Assembly (NCBI GenBank): GCA_963751345.1
Contig: CAVVUS010000013.1
Coordinates: 32,001 to 96,000, forward strand
Direction of reading: 5' to 3'
DNA: 64,000 bases
DNA from: an uncultured Chloroflexia bacterium
GTDB taxonomy: Bacteria > Chloroflexota > Anaerolineae > B4-G1 > SLSP01
Shown piece by piece: positions 44,447 to 54,929 of the stretch. Each line of letters opens with the position of its first letter. Position 1 is the stretch's first letter. Under the pieces are notes generated by a model. That model saw only the letters and a list, made by a program, of their open reading frames with translations, was not told the origin of the DNA and searched no databases. A program made the translations under genes and the position numbers.

Positions 44447-47106
44447 ATGAGGGCAGCCGCACGCCGGATCGCGCCCTATCTACTCCTCGCCGGCATTCTC
44501 GGCCTCTTCTTCTGGCCGGTCTGGCTGCTGGGCGCCTCCTTCCCCGTCGGCGGCGGCGATCTCTGGGGACAACTGCTGCCCGTCTGGACCTACGTCGGGC
44601 ACTTCCTGCGCCACGGCACGCTCGCGCTCTGGTCGACCCAGATCATGGCGGGCGACCCCATCATCGCCGAGCCGCAGTATGGCCTGCTCAACCCGCTGAA
44701 CTGGTGGCTCTTTGTCGCCGGTGCCTTCACGTCCGGGGCGCTGCCCAGGGGGCTGGTGCTGGCGCGAGGCCTGCTCCCGCTCTACATCGCCGGCGCGGGG
44801 CTCTACACCTATCTGCGACGCTCGCCCATCTGGCGGCTCGGGCACGGGGCCGCACTGCTCGGCGGCGTCGCTTACATGCTCTCCGACCCCTTCATCACGC
44901 ACCTGGGCCACCCGCAGATGAACGACGGGATGGCGTGGCTGCCGTGGGCGCTGCTCTCGGTCGATCTGACGATCCGGCAGCGACGATTCCGCCCGCAGAC
45001 GGCGGCGGTGCTGGGGCTCGTCGCGCTGTCGGGCCACTACCAGACAATCCTCTTCACCGCAGGCGCAGCGGCGCTCTACGCGCTCTGGCGGCTTCTCGGC
45101 CAACCGCGGCGGACGTGGACGAGCCACGCGGGGCGGCTTGGGCTCGCCGCCGTGTGCGCCGCCGCACTCGCCGCGCCCCCGTTGCTGGCCAGCCTGGAGC
45201 GCTACCCCTTCACGGAGCGGTCGATCCTGCAGATCGAGCCGTGGACCGGGTACAACTGGCCTCCGGCGATGGCCATCGACCTGCTCGCCCCGGGGTTCCA
45301 CGGGCGGGGCACGGTCGGCTTCTGGGCATCGTGGGCCAGGGTCGAGGGCGGCTACGCCGGGGCCGTCGCGCTCTTCCTCGCAGGGCTCGGCCTGCTCTAT
45401 GGGCTGCGTCGCGGGCGTACGTGGATCTTCGCGGCCATCGGTGCCCTGGGCACGCTCTTTGCCCTGGGATTCAGCGGCCCGCTCTACCCCATCCTCACGC
45501 ACATCGACCTCATCGCACGGATGAACAAGCCCGCGCGGGCCATCTTCCTGTTGTCCTTCGCCATCGCCGTCCTCGCTGCCGCCGGTGCGGACGCGCTGCG
45601 CCGTTGGTTCGTCGTACCCGATTCATCGGTCTCTGCCGCGGAGCGCCCGGCGATAAAGTCGCCGGGCTACAATGCTGCGCCCGATGAATCGGGCTTCCGG
45701 ATCGCGAGCGCCGAGTCAAGCCCCGTTCACGGGGCGCCACCCCATAGCCCGGCGACTTCATCGCCGGGCGGCTTCGATTGCCAACGGCCCGGTCACCGCG
45801 CACAGCGGAACGACTGAAGTCGTTACTACGAACCTGGGCTGCCGGCCTGCGCCGTTGGTTCGTAGTAACCGATTCATCGGTCTCTGCCGCGGAACGCCCG
45901 GCGATAAAGTCGCCGGGCTACAATGCCGCGCCCGATCAATCGGGCTTCCGGACCGCGAGTGCCGAGTCAAGCCCCGTTCACGGGGCGCCACCCACTAGCC
46001 CGGCGACTTCATCGCCGGGCGGCTCACCGCCGGGCGGGCTCCGATCGCGCGCGCTCCCACTCGCCCTATGGTCCGCACTCCTTCTCGGCGGCGCCATTCT
46101 GCTCTCGACCAAGCTACCCCAATGGCTGTCCCAGGTTCCCGGCGGCCGGCGAGCCGATGCCGTCGAGGCCCTCGTCATCGCAGGCATCGCGGCGGTCGCC
46201 GTCGTGGCCCTGGCGTGGGCCGTCGCCGGGCGACGCCGGTGGGCGGCGACGGCCCTGCTCCTGCTGCTCGTGGGCGAGATGATCCTCACCGGCTCCGGGG
46301 TCGAGCTCGAAGCCGACCGGCGACAGCCCGCCCGACCCTGTGATCACCTATCTCCGCACCGATCCCAACTGGTATCGTGTCGACGTCGACGCCTCCGCGC
46401 GCGGGCTGCTGTCGCCATCGGTCCTCGTCAACGAGGGCTTCGACGTGCCGCAGGGGTCGGGCAATCCGATGGAGCTCTTCTCGTACACCCAGTTCTATTG
46501 GGCGATTCCCACGAAGGGATCGCCGGCCTACCAACTCCTCGGCGCCAAGTACATCGTTGTGCCCAAAGACGCCTTGCCGGGCGGCGAGGGGATCTGGCCC
46601 GTCTTCACCGATGCCCCGCTGGTGGACGTGCACCTCAACACCAACGCCCTGCCCAGGGTCTGGCTCGTCTACGATACGCTGCCCGTCGACACGATCGAGG
46701 CCGCCAACGCCGTCGTCTTCGACCCGACCTTCGAGCCTGCCCGCGTCGCCACCGTCAAAGGTGGCCCCGATCTGAACGGCGAGGGCACGGGATCGCTGGA
46801 GGTCGCGGCCTACGGGGCTAACCGCGTCGACGTGATCGTGCGCACGTCGGAGGACGGCGCTGTTGGTGCTTATCGGACATCGACTATCCAGGTTGGATCG
46901 CCGGAATCGACGGTAACCCGGCCCCGCTCTACAGAACCGACGGCATCTTCCGCGGCGTCGTCGTGCCTGCGGGCGAGCACCGCGTGACGATGCGCTACCG
47001 GCCCGTGCCGTTCCGCATGGGCCTCGGCCTCGCGGCGATGGCACTGCTGGTGATGGCGGTCGTTCGTGGCCGTTCTGGCGGGCGGACTTCTAGCCTTGTC
47101 CCCTGA
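44447..47106 (+). CDS. YfhO-family GT-C membrane protein carrying a ~430-bp palindromic insert (frameshifted)
   Basis: LW....AGDP...PQYG..NPLNW, WLPW, N.NALPRVW, YPGWIA.IDG...GIFRGVVVPAGEHRVTMRYRP. Breaks near 45790, 46330 and 46870. Confidence 0.85.
45596..46024. repeat. tandemly duplicated nested REP/REPIN-like cassette inside the YfhO gene
   Basis: ~178-bp direct repeats at 45596-45773 and 45847-46024, each with GTAG-headed hairpins in inverted pairs. Confidence 0.9.
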
Positions 47107-47126
47107 CACGTGGTACAATGCACCCC

Positions 47127-47894
47127 ATGGATCACAACCCCACCATCATCAAACTCGGCAGCACGATGCCGTCACTGGCGACCCGGCACGGAGACTTCGA
47201 GGACTGGGTCATCAGCGGGATGGGGCTGACACGGGATGATGTCCGGGTCATCGACCCTACCCAGGGAGAAGCACTTCCACCACCCGACGCCCTGCCGGGC
47301 ATTGTGCTCACCGGCTCGCACGCGATGGTCACCGACCGCGAGCCCTGGAGCGAGGCAGACGGCGGGGTGGCTGCGGGAGGCCGTGCGTGTCCGGCGTGCC
47401 GGTCCTGGGCATCTGCTACGGTCACCAACTGCTGGCCCACGCGCTCGGCGGCGAGGTCGGTGACAACCCGCAGGGCCGTGAGTTTGGCACCGTCGACGCA
47501 TATCTGACGCCGCAGGCCGCGGACGACCCGCTCCTCGGCGGGCTCGGCAAGCCCGATCCGGGTGCACACCAGCCACACGCAGACGGTCCTTCGCCTCCCG
47601 CCCGGCGCCCGCCTCCTGGCGACCAGCACGCTGGACCACCACTTTGCTTTCGCCATCGGGGACGTCGTCTGGGGCGTGCAGTTCCACCCTGAGTTCGACG
47701 CCGAGGTGGTGCGGACCTACATCCGCGCGTTCGGATCCATCCTGACCGCGGAGGGACAGGACCCCGACAGGCTAGCCGCCACGTGCAGCGACACACCGTA
47801 TGGGAGCATCATCCTGCGGCGGTTCGCCGAGATCGTGCGCACGCCGGTCACGCGCCGGTTGGGGGCCACCGCCGGGGAGGCGCGGTGGGCATAA
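47127..47894 (+). CDS. class I glutamine amidotransferase-like protein (frameshifted)
   Basis: [29 protein letters not shown] (catalytic Cys), WGVQFHPE. Confidence 0.88.
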
Positions 47895-47932
47895 CACGCT
47901 CGCCAACTTCGGGGCGTCACGAGGCCTCTGAG

Positions 47933-49843
47933 GTGAACGCTGAACGCTCGAAGCTGCTCTGGATCCCCGCCGCAGCAGTGCTGCTCGCCTACCTGCTCCG
48001 CACGTTCTCGCTCGACCTCCAGTCGTTCTGGATCGACGAGGTGCAGGCCTTCTACTTCGTGGATCACTCCTTCAAGGAGACCGTCAAGCTCCTCATCTCG
48101 CCTGAGAACAATGGCCCGCTCTACTTCCTCCTGCTCTGGGGATGGCGGCAGATCGGTGGCGCCTCCGACTTCGCGATTCGCTATCTCTCCGATCTGCTCT
48201 CGGTCCTGACGGTTGCGGTCCTCTGGCAGTTGGCACGGACCTGGTTTGGGCGGCGCGTAGCCGGGCTCACCGCCCTGCTGCTCGCGATCTCGCCCTTTGC
48301 CGTCTGGTTTGGGCAGGAAGCCAAGATGTACGCGCTGCATATGCTGCTCGCGGCGCTGAGTACGCTGCTCCTGATCCGCGCGGCGAACCGCAACCGTTGG
48401 ACGCTGTGGCTTGCGTACGGAATCACGCTCAACCTGCTGGGGTACAGCCACTTCTTCGGCGCCTTCACGATCCTGGCCCAGGGAATCCTGCTCGTGGTGA
48501 CGCACCTGCGCAAGCCGGAGATCAGAGTCACTCGCAGCTATCTCGTGACGATGGCCATCGTCGCCCTGCCCTACATCCCTGTGGTGCGCTTCGCCTGGCG
48601 CCTCATACCGAACTTCAACATGCAGGACATCAGCAAGGGCTTCGTCGAACTCAAGTATATGCTCCAGGAGCTGGCCTCGGAGTACATCTTGCGGGTATCC
48701 CGGATCTACGTGCCGCATCTCTGGCCGTTGATGGCCTTTGCCGGCGTGGCGCTCGCCCTGGGACTCGTGCGGGCCTGGCGCACTGGCTGGCGCCGCGCGC
48801 TCTGGGTCGCCGGTCTGATGGTCCTGCCGGTGGCCATCTTCTATCCGATCTCATACTTTGTGCCGGTCTTTTCGCCGAAGTACCTGAGCGCCACGTTCCT
48901 GATGGTGACGCTGGCGTTCGGGTTGGCGGTCGATCAACTGGGAACGTGGTGGCGCCCGCTTGGCTGGCTCGGGCTGGCCGGACTGGTCGTCCTCAACGGC
49001 TGGGTGAACGTCCGCATCCTCACAGATCCCTACTACCAGCGCACGGACTTCCGGGCAGCCGTGGCCTATATTGAGGGCCACGCGGCGCCCGATGATATGG
49101 TCATCGCCTACGCGCACTACGTCGACCGGGCGATCAAGCGCTATGAAGTCGGCTCGCTGCCCGTCGTCCGGTTCCAGGGCGACGCGTATCAGCCCGAGCC
49201 CTTCTATCAGGACGTGCTGGAGAACCAGAATCAGGTGCACACGCTGTGGCTGGTGCTGCACCAGGATCAGGCGATGGCGCCCCAGAACCGCCTCCGCGAT
49301 GCCGCCGGGCTGCTCTACCCCCAGATCACGGGCGTCTACCCCAACGACGGGCAGATCGCGGTCCTCGGCTTCAGCGTGCAGTGGCGCCACGACCGGTTGC
49401 CCGAGAGCGCAACGCCGGTCGAGGCCGGCTTCGCGAACGGCCTCGCACTCGTCGGCTACGCGGTCGACACGCAGGCGCTGCAGCCCACCGACGACCTGCT
49501 CCATCCGCCGAGCAACTGGATCCACGTCACGACCTATTGGCAGCGCTGGGGCGATGCGCCCGCGCCCGGCGACTTCACACCCTTCGTCCGCCTGGTGGAC
49601 GACCAGGGCGGGGTCTGGGGCGGCGAGCTCCAGCGACCGCCGACCGTCTTCCATCGCGATCCGCCCGAGGACTGGGATGCGACGACGATCGTGGAGGCGC
49701 ACTACGACGTGAACCTCAACCCGGTCACGCCGCCCGGCACCTACCACCTGATCGTGGGCATCGAGGACGGGTCGGGGGCGCAGGTGCCGGTCCGGAACGG
49801 GGACGCGGCAGCCGGGCTGACCGCGATCCAGATCCTGCCATGA
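47933..49843 (+). CDS. GT-C glycosyltransferase (GT39/PMT_2-like) with C-terminal Ig-like domain
   Basis: QSFWIDE, NGPLYFLLL, WFGQEAKMYAL, YSHF; FANGLALVGY...YW domain. Confidence 0.88.
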   Translation: MNAERSKLLWIPAAAVLLAYLLRTFSLDLQSFWIDEVQAFYFVDHSFKETVKLLISPENNGPLYFLLLWGWRQIGGASDFAIRYLSDLLSVLTVAVLWQLARTWFGRRVAGLTALLLAISPFAVWFGQEAKMYALHMLLAALSTLLLIRAANRNRWTLWLAYGITLNLLGYSHFFGAFTILAQGILLVVTHLRKPEIRVTRSYLVTMAIVALPYIPVVRFAWRLIPNFNMQDISKGFVELKYMLQELASEYILRVSRIYVPHLWPLMAFAGVALALGLVRAWRTGWRRALWVAGLMVLPVAIFYPISYFVPVFSPKYLSATFLMVTLAFGLAVDQLGTWWRPLGWLGLAGLVVLNGWVNVRILTDPYYQRTDFRAAVAYIEGHAAPDDMVIAYAHYVDRAIKRYEVGSLPVVRFQGDAYQPEPFYQDVLENQNQVHTLWLVLHQDQAMAPQNRLRDAAGLLYPQITGVYPNDGQIAVLGFSVQWRHDRLPESATPVEAGFANGLALVGYAVDTQALQPTDDLLHPPSNWIHVTTYWQRWGDAPAPGDFTPFVRLVDDQGGVWGGELQRPPTVFHRDPPEDWDATTIVEAHYDVNLNPVTPPGTYHLIVGIEDGSGAQVPVRNGDAAAGLTAIQILP

Positions 49844-52341
49844 CCGGCGCTCGGGGTCGCCGGCTCGCCGGGGAGCTCACTGTCTTGCTCCTCCTCGTGG
49901 CCTTCGCGCTGGGCATGGCCCAGGTCGTGCGGGCGTCGATCACGTTCGACGAAGGGCCCCACCTCGCCATCGGCTACGCCACACTGCGGACCGGCGACTT
50001 CCGGCTTCAGCCGGTGCACATCCATCCACCGCTGGCCAACGTGCTCGCGGCGGCGCCGCTGCTCCTCCAGCACGATCTGCCCGACCCCAGGGCGGTGGAC
50101 GGCTGGGAGGTGAGCAGCCTGTCCGCGATCACCGACGCCGTCGTCTGGGCCTACCCCAGCCCACGGCGTATCGCGACCGCGGGCCGCGTGCCCATCCTGC
50201 TGCTCGGCACGCTCACTGCCGCCCTCGTCTTCCGTTGGGCGCGCGACCTTGGCGGGCGACGCGCCGCGCTGCTGGCGCTCGGGCTCTTTGCGCTCGACCC
50301 CAACGTGATCGCCCACAACGCGCTGATCACGACCGACGCCGCAGCGGTGCTGTTCATCGTGGCCACGCTCTATGCGCTCTACCGGTACGTCACCGAGCCG
50401 CTCAGGCCCGCCCGGCGTCGCGCCCTTCTGGGCACCGGGGTTCTGCTGGGCCTCGCACAGATCACCAAGGTCTCGGCGTTGATGCTGGTCCCGGTCGTCG
50501 TCCTGATCCTCGTTCTGCACGCGTGGGAGGCACACCGGCGCGCTGGTTCGACCCTTCGCGCCGCGACACGGCACGTGGGGGCGGTATTGGGGATCGCGGC
50601 GCTGGTGATCTGGGCCGGGTACGGCTTCCAGGTCGGAAGGATTGAGGGGTTTCCCCTGCCGGTACCCGCTCCCACGCACATCGAGATCTTCCGCTCGCTC
50701 GACACCCACTACGAGCTGGGCCATCCGGCCTTCGCCCTGGGTCGGGTAAGCACGCAGGGGTGGTGGTGGTACTTCCCGCTGGCCTTCGTCCTGAAGACGC
50801 CCCTGCCGGTGCTGTTGCTGGCGATTGGTGGCCGCCATCGTCGGAACCGCTAAAGCGGTGACTACGAACGGCGCTTGGACAATGTACGTCCGGCACATCG
50901 CTTAACCGGACCGCGGGCGTCTCGCCCGCATGTGCACGCGGCCATCGGCGCAGTGCCGGGCGAGACGCCCGCGGTCCGACAAGCTACAGGCACAAGCACT
51001 GACATGTCCTCCTGGTTAGCCGCGACCACGATCGGGATCTTTCCCGTGCTCTACGCCGGCGCGAGCCTCTTCAGCACCGTGGACATCGGCTATCGCCACC
51101 TGCTGCCTGTTCTCCCGTTCCTCTACATCGCGATCGGCAGTATAACGGAGAAGACCTTTGAGGTTTACGTCTCTAGCAGGCGTCTGCTAGAGCAGGAAAC
51201 CTCAAAGGTCTCAGCGTGGACGCTTCCTTCAGTGGCACCGAGGGTCGTCCTTGCAGGGCTGCTCCTCTGGCTCGCGGTCGGAACGCTGGCCACGCTCCCC
51301 TACCCCCTCACCTTCTTCAACGAGATCGCGGGCGGGCCCGCCAACGGCTACCGCGCCCTGGTCGACTCGAACCTCGACTGGGGCCAGAATCTGTGGGATC
51401 TGAAGGCGTGGATGGCGGCGCACGGCATCTCGCACGTCGCCTACGCGCACTACAGCCCGGCGCGGCCCGACACCTACGGCATTGAGGCCGACTGGCTCCC
51501 ACCGGATCCGCGCGCGGTGTCGTTCGACCCGTGGCATCCTGCGCCGGGACTCTACGCCATCGGTGCGACGGTGCTGCAGGGCCCCTACGCCCCCGATCTG
51601 AACACGTTCGCGTGGTTCCGCGATCGGACGCCGGTCGCGAAGCTGGGCAACGCGCTCTTCCTCTATCAGGTGGAGGACGACCGGCGCCCGCCTGGGCGGA
51701 GCTTTGCACGCAGGCTATCAGCGCCGATGACAATCCGCCGCCGCGTGGGCGTGCCCGAACTGCGCGTGGTGCAGCCGGCCTGCGACCAGGCGTTCGTCAT
51801 CCCCGCATCGGAGACGCCGGGCCTGATCGTGCTGCCGCCCGACCTGCCGACGCCGGACGTGGGCGACCCGTTGCTGACCCTGCGCAACGCCGATGGAGAC
51901 ACTCAGGCGATCGTGCGAAGCGTCTCCGCGGATGACGTGCGCCCTGAGGCGCCGGCACCCGTCGGGGACACCCTGATCGGCCCGCTGACCTTCCTGGGCA
52001 CGACGAGTCGGAGCCTCCGCAGCAGGGACGCCCGACGTGCTGCAGATCCAAACCTACTGGCGGGTGGTCGACCTCCCCGCGCGCCCGCTCTCGCTGATGG
52101 CGCACCTCGTCGGCCCGGATGGGCGACGCTGGCCGTTGGCGACGGGATGGGCTTCCCGATCGACCAATGGCAGGTCGGCGACGTCATCGTGCAGACGCAC
52201 CGGTTCGAGCCGGCCGGCGGGCCGCCGCAGGGCGAGGCGATCTCGCTCCAGATCGGCGGCTACTGGTTGGACACGCTCGAGCGCTGGCCCACGACCGGCG
52301 GCGGCGACAGCATCACGGTCGCCCTGAAATCCGAGCCGTAG
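49840..52341 (+). CDS. GT-C glycosyltransferase (ArnT/PMT_2-like), paralog A, with three palindromic inserts
   Basis: TFDEGPH, HPPL, LITTD, WWWYFP...LKTP, GYRHLLP, LVDSNLDWGQ. In-frame TAA at 50851 lies inside a palindrome; further indels near the C-terminus. Confidence 0.8.
50845..50978. repeat. two REP-like elements inside GT-C paralog A
   Basis: 50845-50869 reads GTTCGTAGTCACCGCTTTAGCGGTT on the minus strand; 22-bp perfect inverted repeat at 50907-50928/50957-50978. Confidence 0.85.
51152..51211. repeat. 60-bp nested palindrome inside GT-C paralog A
   Basis: AGACCTTTGAGGTTT...AAACCTCAAAGGTCT (15 bp perfect) enclosing CTCTAGCAG-gcgt-CTGCTAGAG. Confidence 0.9.
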
Positions 52342-52348
52342 GCGATCG

Positions 52349-54847
52349 ATGGACGACTCACAGCCACGCAGGCGCGGCAGCGCCCAGAGCCATCGGAAGG
52401 GGCCCGGACGTTCTCCTGCGTTGGGCGCTCAGGCCGCGATCCTTGTGCTGATGCTCGGCTTCTTCGCCCAATTGACCTTCGGGTCGCTGGCCCTATCGCT
52501 GACCTCGGACGAACCCCCGCACGTGGCGCATGGCTACATCATGCTCACCACGGGCGACACCTGGGCGCTGAGCGAACACCGGCACCCGCCGCTGCTGAAC
52601 ATGCTGGCAGCCCTGCCGCTGCTGCTCCAGCCCGAGCACCCCGACCCGGCGACGGTGCCGGGGTGGCACCAGGATTTCGTGGTCTTCGTGCGCAACCTGT
52701 GGCCGCTGCTGGGACCCGTCGACCGCCAGGCCTTCGTGACCCGCGTCCCCACGATGCTGCTGAGCGTTGCGCTGATGGCGCTGGTGGCCCGGTGGGCGCG
52801 GGAGGCGTTTGGCCGGACCGGCGCGCTCGCTGCCGTCGCGGTGATGGTCTTCGACCCGGCGATAGTGGCCCACGGCCAACTCGCCACGACGGACCTCGGC
52901 GTGGCACTCTTCACCTTTGCTGCGGTCTACCTGGTGACGCAGGGAAGGCGGTCCACGGCCCGGATCCTCGGCGCGGGTGCAGCGCTGGGCGCCGCGCTGG
53001 CATCCAAGGGCTCGGGCGTGTTGCTGGTGCCGGTGATCTTCGCGCTGTTGGCGTGGCGCTGGGCTACCCAAGACGGCGAACCGCTTGAGCGCCGTGAAGG
53101 CATTGCAGGGTTGGGCACGCGACTGCGGTCTGGTCCTGCTCGTGAGCTTCGCCGTGCTCTGGGCGACGTACGGCTTCCGGCTGGAGCCCTCACCGTGGGG
53201 AAACCTGCGACTGCCGCTGGTGGCACACGCGAAAATGGTGGGCCTCATCCTCAGCGAGAAACAGCGGACGGCCTTCCTCCTGGGTGAGGTGCGCCAGGGC
53301 GGGTGGTGGTGGTATTTCCCCTTCGCCCTCGCCGTCAAGACGCCGCTGCCGCTGCTGGCACTCTTTGTCGGCGCCGGGGTCGCGTGGCTGGCGCGCCCAC
53401 GCCGCCTGCTGGCGATGCCGGGCCTGTGGCTCTACCCGCTCGTCCACTTTGGCACCTCGGCGCTCAGCGGGATGAACATCGGCTACCGCCACCTGCTGCC
53501 CATCTTCCCCTTCGGTTACGTCGCCATCGCCGCCTTGGTGGGGCAAGTGATGGACGGAATCCGCTGGACCGCGGGCGTCTCGCCCGCATCCGCGCCGCGC
53601 AGGCGAGCGCCGCACGGCGGCGGCATGCGGCGCCTCGTTGCGCGGCGCGGAGCGGGCGAGACGCCCGCGGTCCGAGCCGCGGCTTGCGGTCCTCGCGGTC
53701 ATCGCCCTGATCTCGTGGCAGGCCGTCGAGACGGCGACGGTCTTTCCGTTCGGCCTCGCCTACTTCAACGAACTCGTGGGCGGCCCGCGCGAGGGCTATC
53801 GCTCCCTGGTCGACTCCAACGTGGATTGGGGGCAATCATTCAAGGCGCTGGCAACGTGGATGCGCGGGGAGGGCATCGACCATGTGAGCTTGAGCTACTA
53901 CACGTGGATCGATCCGGCGGCCTACGGCATCGACTACACCCCGCTGCCGCCGGCGGGCGGTGGATCCGCCACCTTCCCCCGGCGATTCGACCCGGCACCC
54001 GGCGTCTACGCGATCAGTGCCACGCCGCTGGAGGGCGTTATGGTCGCCAACCCGGACCTCTACGCGTGGTTTCGGCAGCGGGAGCCCATCGCGCAGCCCG
54101 GGTATGGGCTGCTGGTCTATGACGTGGCACCGAGCGCGACCGAGCCCACGTGGGTGGCGCAGTGTACACAGCCGGTCGCGCCGCTGACGCAGCAGGTGCT
54201 CGCGGAGGGCTTCGGGCGGACCGGCCTGCGCGAGATCGGCTTTGACTGCACCGGCGGTTGGATCCAGCCCACCGGCGGGAGCGAGGCAGGGTGGTACGTG
54301 GTTCACGGTGCCGTCACAGGGGATAGCTTTGTGTCACAGCACCTCGCCGGTAGCGGCGCGACCCTCAGCTACCGGCAGCGGGAGCCGGGGCTGCTGCCGC
54401 CGTTTGACATCTACGCGCAGCCTGCGACGATGGGGCAGCCCGAGGTCGTGCTGCCGGCCCCGATCCCGTTCGGGCCGGTGACCCTCCTGGGGTACACGTT
54501 GGCGTCGCCGGCCGTGGCGCCCGGTGAGACGCTCGACGTCGAGACGTGGTGGCAGGTGAACGAGGTGCCCGATCGACCGCTCTCCCTGATGCTTCACCTT
54601 GGCGCCCCCGGGGATGGCGCCGATCGCCGTCGGCGACGGCCTTGCAGTGCCTGCCGAGATGTGGCGCGCGGGCGACGTCATCATCCAACGCCACGTGCTG
54701 CAGATCCCACCGGGCGTCGCGCCCGGCGACGCCACGATGACGGCAGGCGTCTATTGGCTCGACTCCCTGGAGCGATGGCCGGTCACCGGCGGGCCGCAGC
54801 TCGGTGCGACGGAGGTCGGGCTGGCAAATGTCACGATAGGGCGGTGA
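52349..54847 (+). CDS. GT-C glycosyltransferase, paralog B (frameshifts near 53100, 53680, 54600)
   Basis: TSDEPPH, HPPL, LATTD, WWWYFP...KTP, GYRHLLP, LVDSNVDWGQ, GVYWLDSLERW. Confidence 0.85.
53566..53673. repeat. 108-bp hairpin element inside GT-C paralog B
   Basis: GGACCGCGGGCGTCTCGCCCGC...GCGGGCGAGACGCCCGCGGTCC plus an inner 13-bp stem; same outer arms as 50908-50977. Confidence 0.9.
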
Positions 54848-54929
54848 GGGCTGGCTGAACCGGCGCGCATACCCGGACACCAAAGATGGCGTCCCGTCGA
54901 GGGTCTACGGCGACAGGAGGCCCGTGTGA

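Noticed and set aside
50851-50853. Stop-codon readthrough or recoding in GT-C paralog A
   Set aside because: The stop is TAA inside a REP hairpin. Two compensating indels or a true disruption are simpler explanations, and there is no SECIS/PYLIS-type evidence.
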